Assembly (NCBI GenBank): GCA_964582785.1
Contig: CAZOTT010000001.1
Span: forward strand, 15,007 to 79,006
Length of the DNA stretch: 64,000 nt
DNA from: an uncultured Acidobacteriota bacterium
GTDB lineage: Bacteria; Acidobacteriota; Polarisedimenticolia; J045
Direction: 5' to 3'
Shown here: positions 1 to 8,488 of the stretch, in pieces
How positions within the stretch are numbered: the first letter of the stretch is position 1
How the letters are laid out: every line of letters begins with the position of its first letter
Made by a program: the position numbers and the translations under genes
The notes under the pieces: generated by a model
Told to the model about the DNA's origin: nothing
The model's input: the letters and a program-made list of their open reading frames with translations, nothing else
The model's database searches: none

Positions 1-583
1 CCGAGACGATGTCGCCGATCAGCAGGAACTCCTTCACCTTCGTCCAGTAGTAGACCGTCGACTGGCCGATCTCGAACACGGCGATGTAGAGCCCCCCGAG
101 GGTTCCGAGCACGTCCCCGAGAACGGTCAGGACAGGCAGCATCACCAGCAGGGCGACCATCCGGGGCCATACCAGCTTCTTCACCGGGTCCGCGCCCAGG
201 GCCCGCAGCGCGTCCACCTGCTCGGTGACGGCCATCGAGCCCAGTTCCGCCGCGATCCCCGCACCGACCCGGGCTGCGATCATCACGGCGGTCAGGACGG
301 GGCCCAGCTCCTTGACCACCGACACGCCGACGAACGAACCGACGTAGATCCGCGCCCCGTAGGCGGCCAGCGTGTAGGACACCTGCAGGGCCATCACCGC
401 CCCGGTGAAGACCATGGTCAGGGCGACGAGGGGGAGGGAACGCACGCCCAGCCGGTACATCTGCTCCAGGAGGAGCCGGAACTCCACGGGGCGGCGGAAG
501 GTGACCCGCACCGTCTCCCAGGTCAGGAGCACCACCCGTCCGCTGGTTGCGAGGATCCCGGTCAAGCGTCCGCCCCCTTGCAT
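1..583 (-). CDS. mlaE: MlaE/YrbE-family ABC transporter permease (phospholipid transport). C-terminus is truncated by the window edge; the start codon complement is at 581-583.
   Basis: Reverse-strand translation MQGGGRLTGILATSGRVVLLTWETV...LPLVALTMVFTGAVMALQ...AAELGSMAVTEQVDALRALG matches the MlaE permease family. GC3 bias is strong. Confidence 0.8.
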   Translation of the reverse strand, partial: MQGGGRLTGILATSGRVVLLTWETVRVTFRRPVEFRLLLEQMYRLGVRSLPLVALTMVFTGAVMALQVSYTLAAYGARIYVGSFVGVSVVKELGPVLTAVMIAARVGAGIAAELGSMAVTEQVDALRALGADPVKKLVWPRMVALLVMLPVLTVLGDVLGTLGGLYIAVFEIGQSTVYYWTKVKEFLLIGDIVS

Positions 584-603
584 GCCCCCCGCGCGCCGGC
601 GCG

Positions 604-1059
604 CTATTGTACCGGTTCCCGGCGGAAGAGCGCGGGCGCCAGTCCCCCCGCCGCCGCGCGCAGCAGGACGAGGTGCAGGGTCGCCAGCGCCCCGTCGACG
701 AGGGCGATCCCGAGGAAGAAGAGGTCCGCCCGCCGCAGGAGCACGTCGACGGCGAACAGGGCGAGTCCACCGTAGCGCAGCAGGATCGCCACGGCGGCCA
801 CCGGCGCCAGCCGCCGGGGTTCCCGCCAGACCAGCAGGTAGATCCCCCCGAGGGCGACCAGGAACAGGCCGCAGAGGTCGAGGTAGACCCGGGGCTCCGG
901 CAGGGTCACGTGGAGCACGGGGGCCAGCGACTCCTGGGCCAGCAGGATCGCCAGGCCGAACGCCCCGTCCACCAGGGCTCCCAGCAGGAAGGAAAGGCCG
1001 AGGGCCCGGAACGCCCAGGGGGACCCGGCGGCCGGGCCGGCGGTGCCGTCGCCGTCCAT
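604..1059 (-). CDS. Hypothetical small integral membrane protein (about 151 aa, about 4 TM helices).
   Basis: Internal start MDGDGTAGPAAG... lies inside the track ORF 604..1788(-). It is followed by hydrophobic helices (LGLSFLLGALVDGAFGLAILL..., LFLVALGGIYLLVW...). No family recognised. Confidence 0.45.
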   Translation of the reverse strand: MDGDGTAGPAAGSPWAFRALGLSFLLGALVDGAFGLAILLAQESLAPVLHVTLPEPRVYLDLCGLFLVALGGIYLLVWREPRRLAPVAAVAILLRYGGLALFAVDVLLRRADLFFLGIALVDGALATLHLVLLRAAAGGLAPALFRREPVQ

Positions 1060-1116
1060 CGTGCGCCTCCCGCCCCGCCCTTGTCCCGGCGGCGGGGCAT
1101 CTCTATTCTCGCGCCC

Positions 1117-1836
1117 ATGGTACGCGGAATCCTCGTCGCCCTCTTCCACCTCGTGTCGGTCCCCCTCTATTCCCTGGTCGCGATCGCGGGGGACGTCCTG
1201 TTCCCCGGCCGGGAATGGATCCCCCGGGTCGGCGCCGCCTGGTCGCGGCATACCCTGCGCCTCGCCGGCGTGCGCGTGGAGGTCGAGGGGGCCGGGATCC
1301 TCGCGGAGAACCGGCCGGCGGTGCTGGCGGCCAACCACACGTCCGCGATGGACATCTACGCCGTCTGCTCCTCCGTGCCGGTCCCGTACCGGATGGTCGC
1401 CAAGGCGGAGCTGTTCCGGATCCCGCTCTTCGGACGCGCCCTCCTCCGGGCCGGGTTCGTTCCCCTCCAGCGCCGGCCGAGCCGCCGGGACCTCCGGGCG
1501 ATCGAGCGGGTCCGGGCGGACCTCCGCCGGGGAGCGATCGTGTGCTTCTTCCCCGAGGGCACCCGGAGCCCGGACGGCCGCCTGCGCCCGTTCAAGACCG
1601 GGGCGTTCGTCCTGGCGATCCGGGAGCAGATCCCGGTCATCCCGGTGGCGATCGAGGGCGCCTGCCGGGTCCAGCGCCGGGGCAGCCTCCGGATCCGGCC
1701 GGGGACGATCCGCTTCCGGGTCCTGCCCCCGCTGCCCACCGCCGGCCGGGACCTGGACGAGCGGAGGGACCTGGCCCGGGAGTGCCACGACCGGATCGCG
1801 GCGGCCCTCCCGCCGGACCAGCGCCCGGCAGGTTGA
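1117..1836 (+). CDS. plsC: 1-acyl-sn-glycerol-3-phosphate acyltransferase (lysophosphatidic acid acyltransferase).
   Basis: MVRGILVALFHLV...ANHTSAMDIYAV (HX4D acyltransferase motif)...FFPEGTRSPDGRL. An ATG at 1117 lies inside the track ORF 547..1836. Confidence 0.85.
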   Translation: MVRGILVALFHLVSVPLYSLVAIAGDVLFPGREWIPRVGAAWSRHTLRLAGVRVEVEGAGILAENRPAVLAANHTSAMDIYAVCSSVPVPYRMVAKAELFRIPLFGRALLRAGFVPLQRRPSRRDLRAIERVRADLRRGAIVCFFPEGTRSPDGRLRPFKTGAFVLAIREQIPVIPVAIEGACRVQRRGSLRIRPGTIRFRVLPPLPTAGRDLDERRDLARECHDRIAAALPPDQRPAG

Positions 1837-1858
1837 CGCCGCCGGTCCCCCGGATGAA

Positions 1859-1888
1859 GCGGGGCGCCGGCCGCCGCCGGCGCCCCGC
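1859..1888. terminator. GC-rich perfect hairpin (12-bp stem, gcggggcgccgg / ccggcgccccgc) between convergent plsC and the porin gene. Probable bidirectional terminator, with no clear U-tract.
   Basis: Inverted repeat read directly from the sequence. Confidence 0.4.
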
Positions 1889-1909
1889 GTCGTGGGAGCG
1901 GTCTCCTGG

Positions 1910-4084
1910 TCAGAAGCTCCTGCTGACCATCACCGAGAGCACGTTGTACCGGCCCGACTCGTCCTCGAGGATCGGGTCGTTGTCGTGGTAGTCGGTCAGC
2001 GTCCAGCCGAGTTCGAGCCCGTACCCGGACGGCAGCCGCCAGCGGGCCCCGAGGTTGAGGTCCCAGGTGCGGACCGAGACGTCCGACAGCTCGTTGACCA
2101 TCTTCCAGTCCCGCGACAGGAAGGAAGCGCCCACCGGGCTGCCGTACGGGGCGAACATGTCCCAGCGGTCCATGCCGCCGGTCATCCGGTTGTACTCGAT
2201 GCCGCCGAAGAGCTGGCCGTTTTCACCGAAGGGGGTACCGAACTCGGTCCCGAGGAAGGTGCCGTCGATCTGGTAGGCGTCCGAGCTTTCATCCCGCCCA
2301 AACTGGGCGGAGGCGAGGGCGCCCGCTCACCCGTTCATCAGCGGGATACACAGGTGTGTCTCCTGGTCCTCCCGCAGCAGGACCCCCGTCACGGTGGTGT
2401 AGAACCGCTCGTTCGGCGTCCACCAGAGGGACGCGCCGACCTCGGCCACGTCGTGGGTCCAGTCGGACACCCGCGTCTGGTCGTTCTGCTCCGAGAGCCA
2501 CTTCCCGTGGAGCGTCAGGGTCGTCTGCTCGGAGGGCACCAGCGTCAGCCGGGTCCGCAGGGCGATCCGGTCCGTGGGCCGGTTCGACAGGTCGGCGATC
2601 CGCCGGCGGTGCAGCTCGAAGTACTGGAGGGACGACCAGGGGAAGTTGGCCGGGTCCGCCACCAGGGCCGGGTCCTCGCCGACCGCGAGGCAGCCGCCCT
2701 TCAGGTTGCGGAACGGGTCGCTGGCCTGGTACCACTCCGCCTCGACCCGGTAGCGGGCGCCGTTCTCGAACCGGCCGAGGAGCTGGGTCCTCAGGGTGTA
2801 CTCCCGGGTGTTGGTCCCGCCACCGTTGTCCACCCGGAAGTTGTCCCGGTCGATGTCCCGGTAGCGCAGGGAGGTCTTCAGGCGGTGGCGCCGGTGTTCC
2901 CCGAAACGCCACACGTACTCCCCGGCCGCGGAGACGACCGTCCGGTCCGCGGCGGACCGGCGGGTCCAGTCGATCTCCACGTCCCGGTCCGCGTAGACGT
3001 CCCGGTAGTAGAGGCCCGCCTGCGGCCCGGCGGAGCCCGGGTACTCCACCACGTCGACGAAGACGTCGTCCGTGTCGACGTTCTCGAGGCGCCCCCGGAG
3101 CGAGAAGGAGTGGGCCTCATCCAGCACGTGGAGCCAGCGTGCCCGGAACGAGTAGTACTTCGCCCGGAGCCCCGTGTGGTCGCTCTCGGCCTTCTGGTAG
3201 GCGGCGGCGGCGTCGAGATGGTCGTGCTCGCCGGTCCAGAAGAGGTGGAGCACGTGGGCGTCCCGGTCATGGCCGGGAACCAGGCCCACCGGCAGGGTCA
3301 CGGGGCCGCCGATGCCGAAGCTCGCCCGGTTGTCGAACACCGGAACCTTCTTCGTGGGGTGGAGCACCTGCTCGAAGACCCGCCGCACCGGGTCGGCGTC
3401 GGCGTCGAAGTTGCTCGAGGTGTACTCGTAGCGCACCCCCCAGTTCGACTTCAGGTAGGCCACCCGGAGGGTGACGTCGTCCATCGTCTGGTCGACGGAG
3501 GCCGACTGGCCGACGATGTGGCAGGTGCGGCAGTGGCCCGCGGAGAGCTGCTGGTGGCTGCCGGACCGGCGCATGTGGCGCGCCAGCAGGGCGAACTCCC
3601 ACGCCCGGTTGTTCACCGGCCGCCAGGCCAGCCGCGCGTGGTCGTCCTCGAACCGGTAGCGGTACCTCGCCCCGGGGTCCATGTCATCGTGGCGGACGAC
3701 CTTGCCGTGCTCGTCCGTCGCGGCGAGGTTCTCCAGCGGATCGTGGGGCAGGTTGTGGACGAAGCGGTTCATGTCCGCCTCGAAGGTGAAGGCATGGGCG
3801 GCGACCAGCTCCAGGTGGTGCCGCTGGTCGTCCGGGTCGAGCAGCTCCATGTCCAGCGACAGGCTGGTGTCGCCGCCGAACCCGGCGTCGAACCAGGCGG
3901 AAAACGCCGCGCTCGACGAGTCCACCTGGTATTCCGCCGCCTTGTTCCGGCTGTTCCGCGCCCGGACCACGTGGGCCCCCACGGCCACCTCACCCGATCC
4001 CCCGCCGTCGTCGGCCGGCACGGCCGGCACGGCGAGCGCCAGGGCGAGGACCGCGAGGAGAACGATCGGCAGTCTGCGTTTCAT
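1910..4084 (-). CDS. MtrB/PioB-family outer-membrane porin of a porin-cytochrome conduit (about 724 aa). The frame is interrupted by an in-frame TGA at 2327-2329. Upstream segment is 2330..4084, downstream segment is 1910..2326.
   Basis: Signal peptide MKRRLPIVLLAVLALALAVPA. Long beta-barrel-like sequence. Both segments are in the same frame with strong GC3 bias. The C-terminal segment ends ...NVLSVMVSRSF with an aromatic terminal residue typical of OMPs. The stop overlaps the 5' side of the mtrA-like gene. Confidence 0.7.
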
Positions 4085-4097
4085 GGGGTGGTCCTCC

Positions 4098-5060
4098 TCA
4101 ACGGGTGAGCGCCCGCCCCTGGCCCACGGTCGACTGGCTCGGGAGATCCGAACCGTGGACGGAGACGTGGCACTGGGTGCACTTGGTCAGGAAGGCGTGC
4201 TTCATGCCGTTCCTGCCGAACGGATTGTCGAAGGTGTCGCCCCCGTAGACGACCTCGGTCTCCTCCGGGCCCGCGAGCCCCGCGTGGAAATGGGCCTCGT
4301 GGCAGGTCAGGCAGATGTAGGGCTCGGTCTGTGCGAGGAGGCGCGGCGCCACCGACCCGTGGGGCTTGTGGCAGATGGTGCAGTCCTCCTCCACCGGCTC
4401 GTGCTGGAAGACGAACGGGCCCCGGTACTGGGGGTGGCACGAGAGGCAGAGATCGTTCTTCCGGAACTCCGTCTTCAGCAGGCCCGGCGTCGTGCCGTGG
4501 GGATCGTGGCAGGACGCGCAGGTCATCTTCCCCTCGGGGACCGGGTGGTGGGAGGGCATCCTCGTCTCGGCCCGCACCTCCGGGTGACAGGAGAAGCACT
4601 TCTCCTCGGGAACCTCCTTCGCCCGGTGCCCCAGCCGGGCCGCCGCCCCGGCCTTCGCCGGGTCGGGATGGATCTCGTGACAGTCGAGGCAGGAAAGCCC
4701 CGCCCGGGCGTGTTCGCTGGCCGGCCAGGCTCCCATGTGGCTGACCGAGGCATGGCACCCGAGGCAGGTCGCGGAATCCTTCGCCGGGTCATCGCCGGGA
4801 AAGTGCCGGATCAGCGCGGGATCGGCCTCCTCCACGTGTTTTTCCGTCGGTCCGTGGCAGGAAGCGCAGGCCCGGGAGAGCCCGAACCAGTCTCCCTGCA
4901 CCAGCTTCCCGTGGGGGGTGGCCGCGAACGACGCCACGAGGTCCTCGTGGCAGTCGGCGCAGGCCTGGCCCGGTGGGTCCGCCGCCCGGCTGGGCGGCCC
5001 GAGGGCCCACAGCCCGACCAGGGCCAGGGCCCCGGCCAGTCCGATGCTGAGGCGTTTCAT
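4098..5060 (-). CDS. MtrA/PioA/MtoA-family periplasmic decaheme c-type cytochrome (320 aa, 10 CXXCH motifs).
   Basis: Signal peptide MKRLSIGLAGALALVGLWALGPPSRA, then CADCH, CASCH, CLGCH, CLDCH, CFSCH, CASCH, CLSCH, CTICH, CLTCH and CTQCH. Size and heme count match MtrA. Sits immediately upstream of the porin on the same strand. Confidence 0.85.
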   Translation of the reverse strand: MKRLSIGLAGALALVGLWALGPPSRAADPPGQACADCHEDLVASFAATPHGKLVQGDWFGLSRACASCHGPTEKHVEEADPALIRHFPGDDPAKDSATCLGCHASVSHMGAWPASEHARAGLSCLDCHEIHPDPAKAGAAARLGHRAKEVPEEKCFSCHPEVRAETRMPSHHPVPEGKMTCASCHDPHGTTPGLLKTEFRKNDLCLSCHPQYRGPFVFQHEPVEEDCTICHKPHGSVAPRLLAQTEPYICLTCHEAHFHAGLAGPEETEVVYGGDTFDNPFGRNGMKHAFLTKCTQCHVSVHGSDLPSQSTVGQGRALTR

Positions 5061-5299
5061 CCGATCTCCCTCCTTGCGCTCCCCCGGGGGAGCGGCTTGC
5101 CCCGGGTTCATCGATTCCCGGGAAGATGCGAACGGACGCGGCCGCCCGGCCGCGGATTTCCGGAGGACACACCCCCGCCTCCGGCCCTCCCGCGGGCCCG
5201 GGGAAGCGGGGCTTTCGCGGCGGGGCGGGCCGCACCGGCCTGCCCGTTGGCGAACAGTCACGTGCGCCTGGAAACGATCACGGTCACGGCTCCTCCGAC

Positions 5300-5400
5300 C
5301 GGGGGGAAACATACCGAACAGTCAGCCGACGGGTCAAGCGCGCTTACTTACTTGCAAGTGGAGGCCGATTCCGGCTAGCCTTGGCCGATTCCACCCCCCG
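5300..5400. promoter_or_regulatory. Divergent regulatory region between the mtrA-like (-) and cbcL-like (+) genes. Contains perfect palindrome ACTTGCAAGT (5350-5359), direct repeat GGCCGATTCC x2 (5363-5372 and 5383-5392) flanking palindrome GGCTAGCC (5373-5380), and a minus-strand candidate sigma70 promoter (-35 TTGACC about 5332-5337, -10 TATGTT about 5308-5313).
   Basis: Locally lower GC. Repeats and palindromes read directly from the sequence. Confidence 0.4.
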
Positions 5401-5537
5401 GCGGGGATCACCGAGGGAGCCGGTCCCCGCCGCCGGCCGCCGGCGCGGCCGCGCATCATCTCGCCCGGATCGACCGGGGCGGCGCCGATGCCGGGCGCAA
5501 CCCGACACCGGCTCGTCCGGGCCAGGGAGGAGCCACC

Positions 5538-7595
5538 GTGAACCGGAAGATCCGTCCGGGCGGGCGGCAGGGAGTCCTCGCGGGGCTGGCGGCGCTCACG
5601 CTGCTGGCCGCCCTCGCGGGCGTTCCCGCGGTCGCCATCGACGACGACACCTGCCTCGCCTGTCACTCCGACCCCGACGCGCTGTCCGAGGCCGGCGACC
5701 GCGCGAAGGACCTCGTGGTCACCCCCGACTCCCTCGCGGGGTCGGTCCACGAGGGTTTCTCCTGCACGGACTGCCACCAGGACCTGGCTCCCGACGACGC
5801 GGAGATCCCCCACCCGCCGGAACTGCAGCCGGTCGACTGCAGCCAGTGCCACGACGACGTGGCGGAAGGGTTCCACGCCAACTCGGTGCATGCGACCGCC
5901 ATCCGGCCGCGTCCCGGCGCGCGCAGCGCCTGCAGCGCCTGCCACGGGAACCACCACATCCTTGCCGTGGGGGACGCGGAGTCGCCGGTCTCCCGGCAGC
6001 ACGTGGCCGATCTCTGCGCCCGCTGCCACGAACCGGCGGCGGACCACGGCGACCCGGTCAGCCAGTGGAAGGACTCGATCCACGGGCGGGCGGTCCTCCT
6101 CTGGGAGGTCGAGGAGGCCCCGACCTGCGTCGCCTGCCATCCCGCCCACGCAATCCGGCAGCCGGAGGACCCGGCGGCGGCGATCAACCGGCGCCGGGTG
6201 ATGGACACCTGCGGCAACTGCCACCCGAGCGAGCGGAAGGCGGTCCTGCGGGGTGTCCACGGGAAGGCCTGGCAGGAGGGCAACCTGGCGGCGGCCACCT
6301 GCGTCGACTGCCATGGTTCCCACGGCGTCGACCGCCCCGGGGAGCGCGCCTCGACCGTCTACGCCGCCCGGGTCAGCGAGACGTGCGGCAGGTGCCACGA
6401 CGATCCGGACCTCGCCGTGCGGTTCCACCTGCGGCCCGACCGCGTCGCCACCTACCGGCAGTCCTACCACGGCAAGGGAACGGCCTGGGGCTCCCCGGTG
6501 GTCGCGAACTGCTCCTCGTGCCACGGCTACCACGACATCCGCGGCATGAACGACCCGGCCTCGACGATCTACCCGGCCAACCTCAGGGAGACCTGCGGCA
6601 AGGCCGCCTGCCACCCGGGCGCCAGCGAGCAGTTCGTCCGGTTGCCGGTCCACGCCGACCGCTTCTTCATCCCGCCGACGGCGCGCCTCGTCCTCCGCTA
6701 CCTCCGGATGGGCTACATCCTGATCATCTCCCTGACGATCACCTTCATGGTCGTCCACCAGGTCCTGGAAATCCGGGCGATCCTCCGGCTGCGCCGGGAG
6801 ATCCGGGCGGCCGAACGGAGGGGCCACCGCCACCTGGCGACCCTGCCCCCGGTGGAGCGACCGGCGCGGGAACCGCTCTCCCGTTTCGTGACCCGGGACG
6901 GGAAGCACTACGTCATCCGGTGGGACGTCAACCAGGTGGTCCAGCACATCCTCCTCGTGGTCTCCTTCACCACGCTCGTCATCACCGGCTTCCCGCTGGA
7001 GTTCCCCGCCTCCTGGGCGAGCCACCTCGGCAGCCTCGGCCCGGTCCTGTTCGACCTGCGGGGGATCCTGCACCGGGGGGCCGCGATTCTCCTGATCCTC
7101 GTCTCGATCTACCACGTCGGGTGGCTGCTCTTCACGGGCCGCGGCCGGCGGGAACTGTGGGAGCTCGTTCCCCAGCCCCGGCGGTTCCGGCGCAAGCTGG
7201 TGGGCAACCTCCGCTGGTTCCTCGGCCTCGAAAAGGAGCCCCCGCCGGGAGTGCGGTACACCTACCGGGAGAAGCTGGAATACTGGGCCCTGGTCTGGGG
7301 CAACTTCGTCATGATCACGACCGGCATCATCCTCTGGACGGCGCCGCGCTGGCACTACATGGTCGTGGCCGTCGCCCGGCTGGTGCACAGCTACGAGGCG
7401 CTTCTCGCCCTGCTGGCGATCCTCGTCTGGCACATGATCGGCGCCCACCTCAAGCCGGGAATCTTCCCGATGAACCCGACCTGGCTCACCGGCGGTCTCG
7501 ACATCGAGGCGTTCCGCGAGGAGCACGCGGAAGAGTACGCGAAGATGGTGGCCTGGTACGGGTTCGATCCGATGACCGAGGAGGTGGGCCGATGA
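5538..7595 (+). CDS. CbcL-like inner-membrane quinol:cytochrome oxidoreductase. N-terminal periplasmic multiheme cytochrome c (about 10 CXXCH plus one CX4CH) fused to a C-terminal FdnI/HydC-type dihaem cytochrome b membrane domain.
   Basis: GTG start with RBS AGGGAGGAG. Signal peptide. CLACHS, CTDCHQ, CSQCHD, CSACHG, CARCHE, CVACHP, CGNCHP, CVDCHG, CGRCHD, CSSCHG, CGKAACH. The C-terminal domain has TM helices with conserved His (HQVLEI, VVQHILLVV, HRGAAILLILVSIYHVGW, VHSYEALLALLAILVWHMIGAH). Confidence 0.8.
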   Translation: MNRKIRPGGRQGVLAGLAALTLLAALAGVPAVAIDDDTCLACHSDPDALSEAGDRAKDLVVTPDSLAGSVHEGFSCTDCHQDLAPDDAEIPHPPELQPVDCSQCHDDVAEGFHANSVHATAIRPRPGARSACSACHGNHHILAVGDAESPVSRQHVADLCARCHEPAADHGDPVSQWKDSIHGRAVLLWEVEEAPTCVACHPAHAIRQPEDPAAAINRRRVMDTCGNCHPSERKAVLRGVHGKAWQEGNLAAATCVDCHGSHGVDRPGERASTVYAARVSETCGRCHDDPDLAVRFHLRPDRVATYRQSYHGKGTAWGSPVVANCSSCHGYHDIRGMNDPASTIYPANLRETCGKAACHPGASEQFVRLPVHADRFFIPPTARLVLRYLRMGYILIISLTITFMVVHQVLEIRAILRLRREIRAAERRGHRHLATLPPVERPAREPLSRFVTRDGKHYVIRWDVNQVVQHILLVVSFTTLVITGFPLEFPASWASHLGSLGPVLFDLRGILHRGAAILLILVSIYHVGWLLFTGRGRRELWELVPQPRRFRRKLVGNLRWFLGLEKEPPPGVRYTYREKLEYWALVWGNFVMITTGIILWTAPRWHYMVVAVARLVHSYEALLALLAILVWHMIGAHLKPGIFPMNPTWLTGGLDIEAFREEHAEEYAKMVAWYGFDPMTEEVGR

Positions 7596-8431
7596 AGACG
7601 ATCGTCACCGCCATGGCGGTCCTCGCCTTCGCGCTGGCGCCCGGGCAGGCGGCGGGCAGGACGTCCTGCGACTGTCACGACGGGCTGGCCCCCCGGGAGA
7701 AGGCCCCCCGCATCGACCTGCGCGGCTGGCTCACCGACGGGGTCCACCGGAAGCAGGGGTGCCTGGCCTGTCACCCCGGCGCGGACCAGGTTCCCCACCG
7801 GGGGAAGGTCCTCACCGTGTCCTGCGCCTCCTGCCACGAGGCGGAGGCGAAGGACTGGGACCAGACGGTGCACGGCCGGGTGGAAGGGAAGGTTCCCGGC
7901 ATCCGGGGGTGCATGACCTGCCACGTGGAACACGACTGGTTCGCGGCGAACGATCCGCGGTACCGCTATACCAACAGCGGGCTGCTCCGCACCTGCGTTT
8001 CCTGTCACCGGCCGACCCAGGTGGAGTGGAGCTTCTCGATCCCGGTCAAGCCGCCCCCCGGGGGAGGTCACTGGCCCGCCTGCATCCACGGGCACATCGT
8101 GCGGGGCGGCCAGCTCTTCATCGCCGCCTGCGAGTCGTGCCACGGGGCCCACCAGGTGTTCCCCGCGGACGATCCCCGCTCCGCGGTCAACGTGGCGAAC
8201 ATCGAGAAGAACTGCGGCCGGTGCCACGAGGGCCTGGACCCGGAGCGGATCGTGACGTCGCTCTGCGTGCGCCGGGACACGGCCCGCTGGTACGTTTCGA
8301 ACTACTTCGATGTCTGGTATCTTTGGACCGGGGGCATCGCCGCCCTGTCGATCTTCGGCCTCCTGGTCATGGGGATGGTCGGGGCGTCGCTGCGGCGGAA
8401 GAAGAAGGATGGCGCCCCCCCGGTACGCTGA
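7592..8431 (+). CDS. Multiheme c-type cytochrome (about 6 CXXCH plus an unusual CDCH) with a single C-terminal transmembrane anchor.
   Basis: ATGA overlap with the preceding gene. Signal peptide MKTIVTAMAVLAFALAPGQAAG. CLACHP, CASCHE, CMTCHV, CVSCHR, CESCHG, CGRCHE. C-terminal YLWTGGIAALSIFGLLVMGMVGASLRRKKK. Confidence 0.75.
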   Translation: MKTIVTAMAVLAFALAPGQAAGRTSCDCHDGLAPREKAPRIDLRGWLTDGVHRKQGCLACHPGADQVPHRGKVLTVSCASCHEAEAKDWDQTVHGRVEGKVPGIRGCMTCHVEHDWFAANDPRYRYTNSGLLRTCVSCHRPTQVEWSFSIPVKPPPGGGHWPACIHGHIVRGGQLFIAACESCHGAHQVFPADDPRSAVNVANIEKNCGRCHEGLDPERIVTSLCVRRDTARWYVSNYFDVWYLWTGGIAALSIFGLLVMGMVGASLRRKKKDGAPPVR

Positions 8432-8488
8432 ACCGGGAGACGGAGGCCGGGCGCAGGCGCGCCCGCCGGGGAAAAAGGAGGAAACACG

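Noticed and set aside
2327-2329. Selenocysteine recoding at the porin's in-frame TGA
   Set aside because: This is only partly rejected. A downstream hairpin exists at a SECIS-like distance. However, there is no adjacent Cys or redox motif, no known selenoprotein porins, and no sel genes in this window. A pseudogene or a sequencing error is more parsimonious. Left as a finding rather than a feature.
405-4108. Plus-strand ORFs 405..1991 (528 aa) and 1043..4108 (1021 aa), plus assorted Arg/Pro/Gly-rich ORFs throughout the track
   Set aside because: They are alternative or antisense frames of plsC, mlaE and the porin. The composition is dominated by R/P/G/A, as expected from GC-rich non-coding frames.
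5126-8431. 1101-aa ORF 5126..8431(+) and 730-aa ORF 5334..7526(-) overlapping the cbcL-like gene
   Set aside because: The first is a different frame fused by chance onto the real 7592..8431 cytochrome gene. The second is antisense. The real genes are 5538..7595 and 7592..8431.
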